From positions 21,204,001 through 21,268,000 of the forward strand of contig NC_135907.1 in the NCBI RefSeq assembly GCF_964194155.1: DNA of 64,000 nt, read 5' to 3'. The number at the start of each line of letters is the position of its first letter. Within the stretch, counting starts at the first letter, position 1. Below the pieces are notes generated by a model. The model did no database searches and was not told where the DNA came from. It saw nothing but the letters and a program-made list of their open reading frames with translations. The translations under genes were made by a program, and so were the position numbers. The stretch comes from Cetorhinus maximus. Taxonomy: Eukaryota. Shown here one piece after another: positions 17,362 to 38,148 of this stretch.

Positions 17362-17384
17362 TTCTTAGACTTCTCACTGAAGTT

Positions 17385-17885
17385 TTTACATCTGACCAGT
17401 AGTGTTAGTAATTTCAGTACATGGCTCCTTTATTCCTCGCTCTTCATCTACTGTTCCTAGCTCCTCACCATTTAGAAAACACTGGTTTATTTTTCTTGGT
17501 CTGAAGTGGATGACCTCACACTTCCTCACATTAAACTTGATCTGCGACAGTTTTGCCCACTCATCTATCAACGCGTCTGCAGCTGCCTGCCCCCATCTAC
17601 AGAATGTGCTAACAGTGTCACTAGCAAACATTGATACATGGTGCTTTATTCCTTTATCTATATCATTTATAAATATAATGAAAGGCTGAGGCTCCACTGC
17701 TGCTCACTGGGGACAGCACTTGTTAAATCCTGCCAACTGGAGCACGTACCCATTATCCCTAACACTTTTTCGTACCTTCCAACCAATTCCCCACCTACGT
17801 ATAAAGTCATTCCATACGCTTTCATTTTTACTAATAATCTATTTGGACCCTTGTCAGTGATGTAATTGATGTTGGATTCTTTGAC
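17385..17885 (-). mobile_element. Old CR1 RT fragment
   Basis: PQPFIIFINDIDKGI..SMFASDT and KFNVRKCEVIHF in ORF 17386-17697. Confidence 0.8.
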
Positions 17886-18159
17886 TTTCCTCAAACTAAA
17901 TCTGAAAGTGTCTGTTCTCCGACCTTCACAACATCTGAGTTCACAAGTGGAAATGCAACCCTACGAATGGTGTCAAACACAGTCAGATCCATGTTAGTCT
18001 GTGGTACTCTGAGGTGTAATACACCTTTAAGAGAATGCGAGCAGTTTGACCACCTGACTGTAAGACCCAATAGCTGTGTAGCGTGGGCTACTATATTAAT
18101 GTTAGTTGCGAGCTGGGTCTGGTTGGAGAAGCACACGTCATGTTAGTGCTCTGTTGCCT

Positions 18160-18503
18160 GATGTCACTGGCAAGGCCAGTATTTGTCGCCCATCTCCAAT
18201 TGCCTTGGACAGAGTGGCTTGCTAGGCTATTTCAGAGGGCAGTTCAGAGTTAACCTTGTTGGGTCTGAAATCACAGTTGGTCAGGCCAGATATGGAGGGC
18301 AGGTTTCCTTCCCTAAAGGACATTAATGAACCAGATGGGTTTTGATGACAATTTCATGGCACCATTACTGAGACCAGCTTTCAACTCCTGATTATTAATT
18401 GAATTTAAATTCCAACAGCTTTCCTGGTGGGATTTGAACCATGTCCCTAGTGCATTAGTTTGGCCACAGGATTATTAGTCTAGTAACATTAACACTGCAC
18501 CAT
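18160..18503 (-). mobile_element. tRNA-derived SINE downstream of copy 3
   Basis: Reverse B box GGGATTTGAACC; near-identical to 22845-23205 and 33930-34395. Confidence 0.7.
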
Positions 18504-19089
18504 CATCTCCCCCAAAGGTTGAGAGGATCACAAGGAAAAAAAGTTCTTAAATCTAGAGGTTGTGTTTTGATTACCTGCTCCAGGAATTTCTGCATTTGCT
18601 CATTCAAGATATTGGGAAATACGGCCTGTGGAGAGTAAGGGGTGCAGGTAGCAGTAAAACAAATGCCAACATCTTCCTTCTTGGTAGATGCGAGTCTGAA
18701 GCAGATACCCTCCATGCTTAGAAAGAGCAGGTAAACATGAATTCAGTGCCCTTTCCCCTGTTCCACAACTTCATAAGGAAACTCCTTTGTAGGAGAAGTT
18801 AACAGTTATGATTGCAGAAATGACATTTTAGAAATCCCTACAGGCTCCTAAATCAAAGTTGCAAGATGAGGGAATCAGTTTCAGGAGCCGGGGTAATGAA
18901 TGCTTAAGGCAAGTTCTAATGGGGTCAGATGTTTGTTTTCATGATTCAAATAATCAAATCAGCTTTTGACTTATACAAAGAAAAATATTTATCATTGGAA
19001 CTGATTTTTATTTCCAAATACAGTAAAGCTCCAAAACCGGAATCATTTGATCACACATCATTTCCACCATGTATAGAATGATTCTAGAT

Positions 19090-21850
<2,761 letters not shown>

Positions 21851-21959
21851 CTGCCATGAATCCAGGCACCAATTAACAGAGGAGAGGGGGTGGGGTGTGA
21901 TACCCAGAGCCAATCAGGGCTGTGGTATACAGGAACATAAAGATAAAGATGATTATTCT

Positions 21960-22600
21960 GTGACCAGGACATCGGAGCAGCTGGTGGGTATTCAACCCTC
22001 AAGCATTTTCTACCCTTCAATGATATCATGGCTGGACTGGATTTTAACTCTATACATCCACCTTGGTTCCATATCCCTTCATCCTGTTACATAACAAAAA
22101 TCTAACCACCTCTATTTTGGAATGTTAAAATGACTTTCAACACTTTGGGGGAGAGAGTTCCAGATTTCCAGCATCCTTTGTGTGAATAAGTGTTTCCTAA
22201 CATCAGCCCTGAACAGCCAGGTTTGAAATTTAAGGTTATGCCCCCCAACGCTTCTGACCATCTCTATCTCCCCTATCAAATCCATTCATCATCTTCAACA
22301 CCTCAGTTATAATCATCCCTTAATCTTCTCTACTCTGGGGATTGCAAGACTAGTCTATGCAAATTGTCTTCATTTAACCCTTTTAGCCCTGGTATTATTC
22401 TGGTGAATCTCTGCTACATCCCCTCCAAAGCCAATTTATCCAAACTGAACAGTTCCAGATGTGGTGTAACCCACACTTTATACAGCTGTTTCAGAACCTC
22501 CACCCCTCTGTATCTCAGCCCCCTGGAGATGAAGAATCAAAATCTATTAGACTTTTTTTTTTGTATCTGTTCACTAGTTTTACATAATTTCTGTCGATGG
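21960..22600 (-). mobile_element. Degraded CR1 3' fragment upstream of odd-numbered copies
   Basis: Paralog ORFs read LKLLYKVWVRPHLEHC and LFTQRMLEIWNSLP; also at about 33060, 43760 and 56530. Confidence 0.7.
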
Positions 22601-22844
22601 GCAGCATTGACCACAATAGGTTGAAAGGAGACGGACCTGCATCACACCGGGCCCCAGTGAATCTGAAAATCAACTGGCAAGTTGGGGAAAATGGATCAGT
22701 GGTGAGTTATGATAAGTTTCAGACAGAACGCTATTGCCCAGTCATTGTAAAGTGTGATATGGAGCTTTATCCTCAAATTTAAAGGCTATAAACACCAGTC
22801 CTTCTCTTATGAAAATTTCAAGCCTACTTTTCAAAAAGTTTTAC

Positions 22845-23205
22845 TTTCATGGGCTGTGGGTGTCACTGGCAAGGCCAGTATTTGTCGCCCATCTCCAATT
22901 GCCTTGGACAGAGTGGCTTGCTAGGCTATTTCAGAGGGCAGTTCAGAGTTAACCTTGTTGCTTTGGGTCTGAAGTCAGTTGGTCAGACCAGATATGGAGG
23001 GCAGGTTTCCTTCCCTAAAGGACATTAATGAACCAGATGGGTTTTGATGACAATTTCATGGCACCATTACTGAGACCAGCTTTCAACTCCTGATTATTAA
23101 TTGAATTTAAATTCCACTAGTTTTTCCCCAGTGGGATTTGAACCATGTCCCCAGTGCATTAGTTTGGCCACAGGATTATTAGTCTAGTAACATTACCACC
23201 ACACC
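22845..23205 (-). mobile_element. tRNA-derived SINE downstream of copy 4
   Basis: Same SINE as 18160-18503. Confidence 0.7.
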
Positions 23206-23901
23206 ATCATCTCTCCCAAAGGGTGAGGGAAATCACTAGGAAAAACAACAAGTTATTTTAAATCTAGAGATTGTGTTTTGATTACCTGCCCTAGGAATTT
23301 CTGCATGGGCTCATCCAAGATATTGAGGAAGTACAGCCCTTGGAGAGCAAGGGGGCAGGTAGCAGTTAAACAATCGACATCTTGCTCAGAAAAGCAGGTT
23401 TAAGGTAGTTAATGATTTACTATGTTTACAAAGCTAGAGAAAAATAACAGCTTTAACAACAGTGAATGGTGTGTGACAGACAAATACAGAGACACCTCAA
23501 ATTGCACATCTTCCTTCTTGGTAGATGCAAGTCTGAAGCAGATAACCACCATGCATAGAAGGAGCAAGTAAACATGAATTCAGGGTCCTTTCCCCCTTTT
23601 TCTTTGGGCAGAAATTAACAGTTACAATTGCAGTATAACATTTTAGAAATCCCTACAGGCTTCTAACTCAAAGTTGCAAGGTAAGGAACTCAGGTTTTAG
23701 GTGCTGGGGTAATAAATATTTAAGGCACATTCTAATGGGGTGAGATGTTTGTTTTCATGATTCAAATACTCAAATCAGCTTCTGAATTAGACAAAGATAT
23801 CAGTTTCATGATAAATATTTTTATTTCCAAACACAGCCGCAGCTCCAGAACTGGAATTATTTGCTCACATCATTTCCACCATGTATAGAATGAATCTAGA
23901 T

Positions 23902-26072
<2,171 letters not shown>

Positions 26073-26329
26073 CTTTACTTTTACTAGTGGTAGAAACTAA
26101 ACTCAACCTACAACCTGATCCCTTCCCTCACAAGCTCTTGTATTTATACGACTGGGTCATCCTACATTCACACAGGGAATGATATCACCAATGATGATCA
26201 ATTCCTAATAGCCAGTCAGGAATCCGCCACCACTCCAGGTGATTATTAAGGAGAGGGGTTGGGGTGTGTTACCCAGAGCCAATCACATCTGTGGAATACA
26301 GACAGGTTTAGATGATTTTTCTGTGATTG

Positions 26330-26910
26330 GAACATTGGAAGTGGAGGAGGCCATTCAGCCCCTCAAGTCTGTTCCACCATTCAATTTGATCATGTAGTCT
26401 AACTCCATTAACCTGCCTTGATTCCATATCCCTTCAACCCCTTAGCTAACAAATAGCTAGCAATATTAGTTTCAAAATGTTCCAATGACTCTCAGCATTT
26501 TTGGGGAGAGAGTTCCAGATTTCGACTCTTTGAGTGAAGAAATACTTCTTAACAACCTCCCTGAACAGCCCAGCTCTAATCTTAAAATTATTCTGCCCCT
26601 GTGCTGGACCACCTCACCAGAAGAAATCATTCCTCTCTATCTACCCTATCAAACCGATTAATCATCTTCAACACCTCAATTATAATCATCGCTTATCCTT
26701 CTGTACTTGAGGAAATACGAGACTGTTCTGTGCAAACGGCCTCATAATTTATCCCCTTCAGTCCTGGTAACAATCTGGTGTATCTGTGCCGTACTCTCTC
26801 CAAAGCCAATATATCAGAACTGAACATAGTGTTCCAGATATCCTCTAACTCACCCTTTCCATAACTGCAGCAGATCATTCAGCCCTTGATGTTCCAACCC
26901 CTTTGAGATG
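26330..26910 (-). mobile_element. Degraded CR1 3' fragment upstream of even-numbered copies
   Basis: DILALERVRHRYTRLLPGLKGINYE motif; also at about 37550-38130 and 51140-51730. Confidence 0.75.
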
Positions 26911-27431
26911 TTTTCTGTGTAAAGTCCTGGGCTGGAAACACTGAGAGGTGTGCGCACGGCTGCACTTTAAATATGGCGCCCGGCGTGAGGAAGTGGCGAG
27001 GAGATGGCGTGAGGAGCAAATGCAAGTCCGCCCACCATGGAAACGGCATGTTTCCCAGGAATGCATGATTAATGAGGCGGGTTTGGGACGATATGGCACG
27101 AAAAGCCGCCATTGCGGCCGACGGTTAAACATTCCTTTCCCCGCATCTTCTGGATAATCCAGCATCTTCTCCAGGAGCTCCCCCAGAGGCACATCATCTG
27201 ACTCGGACTTAGCAGGGGCCACTTTCCCAGCAGCGCTGTGAGTGCCAGAGAACTTGGCTGTCACTGCCTCCTCCTGCTGTGGACACGTGTCTGTGAGGTG
27301 ACCACCAGAGTGTGAGCCCGAGCCTAAACTAGATTGACCAGCCACTGAGGTGTGTGTCTGTGGGCTGGTGGAGGGAGAAGCTGAACGCTGTGATGTCTGT
27401 ACAGGTGTGTAGTCCTCTTGCGAGGTCTCCT

Positions 27432-28333
27432 GGGGGCTGGGGCTGGGTTGAGGTGTGGGGGCTGGGGGTGAGTTGAGGTGTGGGGGCTGGGGCTGGGTTG
27501 AGGTGTGGCGGCTGGGGCTGAGTTGAGGTGTGGGGGCTGGGGCTGGGTTGAGGTGTGGGGGTTGTGGCTGAGTTGAGGTGTGGGGGCTGGGGCTGAGTTG
27601 AGGTGTGGAGGCTGGGGCTGGGTTGAGGTGTGGGGGCTGGGGCTGGGTTGAGGTGTGGGGGCTGGGGCTGGGTTGTGGTGTGGGGGCTGGGGCTGGGTTG
27701 AGGTGTGGGGGCTGGGGCTGGGTTGTGGTGTGGGGGTTGGGGCTGAGTTGAGGTGTGGAGGCTGGGGCTGGGGCTGTGGCTGGGTTGAGGTGTGGGGGCT
27801 GGGGCTGGGTTGAGGTGTGGGGGCTGGGGCTGGGTTGAGGTGTGGGGGCTGGGGCTGGGTTGAGGTGTGGGGGTTGGGCCTGGGTTGAGGTGTGGGGTTT
27901 GGGGCTGGGTTGAGGTGTGGGGGCTGGGGCTGGGTTGAGGTGTGGGGGCTGGGGCTGGGTTGAGGTGTGGGGGCTGGGGCTGGGTTGAGGTGTGGGGGTT
28001 GTGGCTGAGTTGAGGTGTGGGGGCTGGGGCTGAGTTGAGGTGTGGAGGCTGGGGCTGGGTTGAGGTGTGGAGGCTGGGGCTGGGTTGTGGTGTGGGGGTT
28101 GGGGCTGAGTTGAGGTGTGGAGGCTGGGGCTGGGGCTGGGGCTGGGTTGAGGTGTGGGGGCTGGGGCTGGGTTGAGGTGTGGGGGCTGGGGCTGGGTTGA
28201 GGTGTGGGGGCTGGGGATGGGTTGAGGTGTGGGGGTTGGGCCTGGGTTGAGGTGTGGGGGCTGGGGCTGGGTTGAGGTGTGGGGGCTGGGGCTGTGTTGA
28301 GGTGTGGGGGCTGGGGGTGAGTTGAGGTGTGGG
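27432..28333 (+). repeat. 25-bp G-rich minisatellite, about 36 units
   Basis: Consensus GGCTGGGGCTGGGTTGAGGTGTGGG; gives the 25-aa periodicity of the Pro-rich minus-strand ORFs. Confidence 0.95.
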
Positions 28334-28732
28334 CCTGGCCTTACCCTCTTCCTGCTGGCCCCTGGAAAGGGGAGAGGAGAGAATGAGTGAGTGACTAGGC
28401 TGTCTCCCATGTTGCACAGCGCCTCACCCTCCGGTTCTGATTTGCAGAGATTACCCTTGCTCACTGGATGCTTGGGGGAGGCCGATCTCACCCTGGGCAC
28501 AGGCAGGGTCACAATCCTCCCCTGCCAGCGCGGCAGCCTGCTGCTCAAATTGTGTGAGGGGCCGGATCTCGGGTATGTCTCCTCACATCTTCCCCCTCCC
28601 TCGCGTGTTGTGCACTGTCTTCTCCTGCATAAAGTTAGATAGATGGATTGAGAGTGCTTCTGATGCAGGAGCAGGTCACATGCAGTTAATCCAGAGGCCG
28701 ACACATGACATTGTGACTCCCACATGCCTGTC

Positions 28733-29110
28733 CACCATGTAGAAGGCACATGTCCTAACAGCCTGAGGCAATACTGCTCACTTCACACGATGAGCGTGGC
28801 TCCAACATCACTAAGGAACCTGGAGACCATCCAGGACGAAGCAGGCCGCTTGATTGGAACCCGATCCAGCACCATCAATGTTGAGTCCCTCCACCACTGA
28901 CTGGTTGCTGGCTGTGTGTGTGTGCCATGTGTAAGATACACTGCTGCTAGTCCCCAGGGCTACTTAGCAGCCCCCTCCAGACCCACTCTAGTAACTAGAG
29001 GGACAAGGGTAGCAGAGGCATGGCCACAGCAGCATCTACAAGTTGACCCCTACTCCAGCCTCCTCCCCACCCGGCATGGGCAGCACCCACTCAAGGGCTT
29101 TTACGGATGG
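28733..29110 (+). mobile_element. Old L2/CR1-group LINE fragment nested in the Harbinger-like element
   Basis: Decayed KAQV...TIQDxAxRLIG signature, same family as 12660-13271. Confidence 0.6.
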
Positions 29111-30213
29111 GCAGCAGATAATGGCCATGCCATTGGTGCTCACTTGAAATTGTTGCTAAATTTTCTGCACCGCAGGACCCTATTCCTCTGCTTCTGTGCT
29201 GAACACTCTGGTGTCCTCCTCGCTGACCCCTGTGGGACCAGTGACTGAAGCCTGGCATGCTGAATCACAGCCTGTCTGGGTGCCTTTTACATATGGTGCC
29301 TGGACTTGACTGCAGGGCAGGTGACTTCCTGCCCACTCCACCATGTAGTTACTTGGACCACCAGTGTTCACCAGCCCTGGTCTCTAGTTGAGGTCACTCC
29401 AATTTCCCACTCCCACCAATGGAGAGTGGGCTGGAGTGGAAAATTCTGCCCATTAACTCAGTGCCTTTTTAAAATTTCGTTCATAGGATTCAAGCATTGC
29501 AGATAAGCCAGCATTTATTGTCCATCTCTAATTGCCTTTGCTCAGGGTGCATTTTAAGAGTCAACCACATTCCTATGGGTCTGGAGTCATATGTAGGCCA
29601 GACCAGGTAAAGATGGCAGATTTCCTTCTCTAAGGGCATTGATGAAGGAAATGGGTTTCTAAACAATGAGCAATGGCTTCACAGTTAGATTTTCACTGGA
29701 TTTAAATTTCACCATATCTCTTGACAGGATTCAAAGCCAGGTCCCTGGACCTTTACCCTCACTCTCCAGTGGTCCCACAGGGACAATACCACTATCCTAC
29801 CACCTCACCAGCAGTCCCACAACATCTTGACATGTCATCTGCAAAGGGCTTTCCTTACAGCTGTAATTAGCAGGTTACAGTGGCAGAAATTACACATTTC
29901 TGAAACCCCCCCACAAACCTCTGAATCAAAATTGCAAGATGTAAGTAAATTTTCCCAGACAGACAGTGAATCAAATTTCGGAAGCTGGGTAGGAAGGAGG
30001 GAAATTTAAAGCCAAGTTTTAATGGGCTCAGATTTTAGACAGCTAGGAATCACCATAATCTGCCAAATCAACTACTGAATTATACAAAGACAAATCAATT
30101 GAATGATTGTTTTTACATTTCCAAATACAGCAACAACCGGGAATGGGAATAGAGCACAGAAAATTCAAAATCACCCTTCATTCCCATCCTGTACAGAATA
30201 ATTCTAAATTCAG

Positions 30214-32909
<2,696 letters not shown>

Positions 32910-34035
32910 TCACCAATGATGATTGACATTCCCCGATAGCCAGTCAGGAATCTGCCATGAATCCAGGCACCAATTAACAGAGGAGAGGGGGTGGGGTGTG
33001 ATACCCAGAGCCAATCAGGGCAATGGTATACAGAAAGATAAAGATGATTATTCTGTGACCAGGACATCAGAGCAGCTGGTGGGTATTCAACCCTCAAGCA
33101 TTTTCGACCATTCAATTATATCACGGTTGGACTGGATTTTAACTCTATACATCCATTTTGGTTCCATATCCCTTCATCCCTTTACATAACAAAAATCTAA
33201 CAACCTCTATTTTGGAATGTTAAAATGACCTTCAACACTTTGGGGGAAGAGAGTTCCAGATTGCCAGCATCCTTTGTGTGAATAAGCGATTCCCAACATC
33301 ACCCCTGAACAGCTGGGTTCGAAATTTAAGGTTATGCCCCCAATGCTTCCCGCCATCTCTATCTCCCCTATCAAATCCATTCATCATCTTCAACACCTCA
33401 ATTATAATTATCCCTGAATCTTCTCTACTTTGGGCATTGCATGACTAGTCCTCATCTTTTAACCCTTCCAGCCCTGGTATTATTCTGGTGAATCTGTGCT
33501 ACATCCCCTCCGAAGCCAATTTATCCAAACTGAAGTGTGTTCCAGATGTGGTCTAACCCACACTTTATACAGCTGTTTCAGAACCTCCACCCCTCTGTAT
33601 CTCAGCCCCCTGGAGATGAAGAATCAAAATCTATTAGACTTTTTCTTTTTTTTTGTATCTGTTCACTAGTTTTACATAATTTCTGTAGATGGGCAACATT
33701 GACCACAATAGATTGAAAGAGACGGATCTGCACCACACAGGCCCCAGTGAATCTGCAAATCAACTGGCAAGTTGGAGAAATGGATCAGTCGTGAGTTATG
33801 AGTTTCAGACAGAACACTATTGCTCAGTCATTATAAAGTGTGATGAGGAGTTTTGTGCCGAAATTTAAAGGCTATGAACACCAGTCCTTCTCTTCTGAAA
33901 ATTTCAATACTACTTTTGAAAAATTTTACTTTCATGAGCTGTGGGTGTCACTGGCAAGGCCAGTATCTGTTGCCCATCTCCAATTGCCTTGGACAGAGTC
34001 GCTTGCTAGGCTATTTCAGAAGGCAGTTCAGAGTT

Positions 34036-34132
34036 TTGTTGAGGGGTCATGTTGGACTCGAAACGTCAACTCTTTTCTTCTCCACCGATGCTGCCAGACC
34101 TGCTGAGTTTTTCCAGGTAATTCTGTTTTTGT
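34036..34132 (+). mobile_element. 97-bp Penelope 3'-end insertion with hammerhead remnant, inside a SINE
   Basis: Matches 15474-15575; 9-bp TSD TTCAGAGTT at 34027-34035 and 34133-34141; empty site in paralogs at about 18243 and 22942. Confidence 0.85.
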
Positions 34133-35104
34133 TTCAGAGTTAACCTTGTTGTTTTGGGTCTGAAGTCAGTCGGTCAGACCAGATATGGAGGGCAGGTTTC
34201 CTTCCCTAAAGGACATTAATGAACCAGATGGGTTTTGATGACAATTTCATGGCACCATTACTGAGACCAGCTTTCAACTCCTGATTATTAACTGAATTTA
34301 AATTCCAACAGCTTTCCTGGTGGGATTTGAACCATGTCCCTAGTGCATTAGTTTGGCCACAGGATTATTAGTCTAGTAACCTTACCACTGCACCATCATC
34401 TCTCCCAAAGGGTGAGGGAAATCACAAGGAAAAAAAGTTATTTTAAATCTAGAGATTGTGTTTTGATTACCTGCCCTAGGAATTTCTGCACTGGCTAATC
34501 CAAGATATTGAGGAAGTACAGCCCTTGGAGAGCAAGGGGGCAGGTAGCAGTTAAACAAATGCCATCCTGATCAGAAAAGCAGGTTTAAGGTAGTTAATGA
34601 TTTACTATGTTTACAAAGCTAGAGAAAAATAACAGCTTTAACAACAGTGAATGGTGTGTGACAGACAAATACAGACACCTCAAATTGCACATCTTCCTTC
34701 TTGGTAGATGCAAGTCTGAAGCAGATAACCACCATGCATAGAAGGAGCAAGTAAACATGAATTCAGTGCCCTTTCCCCTGTTCCACAACTTTGCAAGAAA
34801 GTCCTTTTTGGCAGAAAGTAACAGTTACATTGCAGTATAACATTTTAGAAATCCCTACAGGCTCCTAAATCAAAGTTGCAAGATGAGGAACTCAGGTTTT
34901 AGGTGCTGGGGTAATAAATATTTAAGGTAGTTCTAATGGGGTGAGATGTTTGTTTTCATGATTCAAATAATCAAATCAGCTTCTGAATTACACAAAGATA
35001 TCAGTTTCATGATAAATATTTTTATTTCCAAACACAACAGCAGCTCCAGAACTGGAATTATTTGCTCACACATCATTTCCACCATGTATAGAATGATTCT
35101 AGAT

Positions 35105-37297
<2,193 letters not shown>

Positions 37298-38148
37298 CTT
37301 TACTTTTACTAGTGATAGAAACTAAACTCAACCTGATCCCTTCCCTCACAAGCTCTTGTATTTATACGACTGGGTCATCCTACATTCAGACAGGGAATGA
37401 CATCACCAATGATGCTCAATCCCTAATAGCCAGTCAGGAATCTGTCACCACTCCAGGTGATTATTAAGGAGAGGGAGGGTGGGGTGTGTTAGCCAGAGTC
37501 AATCACATCTGTGGAATACAGACAGGTTTAGATGATTTTTCTGTGATTGGAACATTGGAAGTGGAGGAGGCCATTCAGCCCCTCAAGTCTGTTCCACCAT
37601 TCAATTTGATCATGTTATCTAACTCTATTAACCTGCCTTGATTCCATGTCCCTTCAAACCCTTAGCTAACAAATAGCTAGCAATATTAGTTTCAAAATGT
37701 TCCAATGACTCTCAGCATTTTTGGGGAGAGAGTTCCAGATTTCGACTCTTTGAGTGAAGAAATACTTCTTAACAACCTCCCTGAACAGCCCAGCTCTAAT
37801 CTTAAGATTATTCTGCCCCTGTGCTGGACCACCTCACCAGAAGAAATCATTCCTCTATATCTACCCTATCAAACCTACTAATCATCTTCAACACCTCAAT
37901 TATAATCATCGCTTATCCTTCTGTACTTGAGGAAATACGAGACTGTTCTGTGCAAACGGCCTCATAATTTATCCCCTTCAGTCCTGGTAACAATCTGGTG
38001 TATCTGTGCCGTACTCTCTCCAAAGCCAATATATCAGAACTGAACATAGTGTTCCAGATATCCTCTAACTCACCCTTTCCATAACTGCAGCAGATCATCC
38101 AGCCCTTGATGTTCCAACCCCTTTGAGATGTTTTCTGTGTAAAGTCCT

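Larger units (their letters stand above)
26929..29451 (-). mobile_element. PIF/Harbinger-like DNA transposon remnant (Myb/SANT-like ORF only)
   Basis: GC-rich block ending GGAAAATTCTGCCC (reverse GGGCAGAATTTT), left end GGGCTGGAA. Minus strand encodes RNRVLRCRKFSN (about 29200-29165) and QEKTVHNTRGRGKxxGDxPEIRPLTQFEQQA, resembling the Harbinger Myb/SANT protein. TIR match weak, no TSD seen, no transposase. Confidence 0.6.

Noticed and set aside
17890-18160. Possible LTR fragment
   Set aside because: No second terminus, TSD or coding motif to support a call.
26875-28749. 624-aa, 362-aa and 347-aa Pro/Thr/Gln-rich ORFs (mucin- or extensin-like)
   Set aside because: Produced by the stop-free strand of the 25-bp minisatellite; open in several frames and absent from the third paralog.
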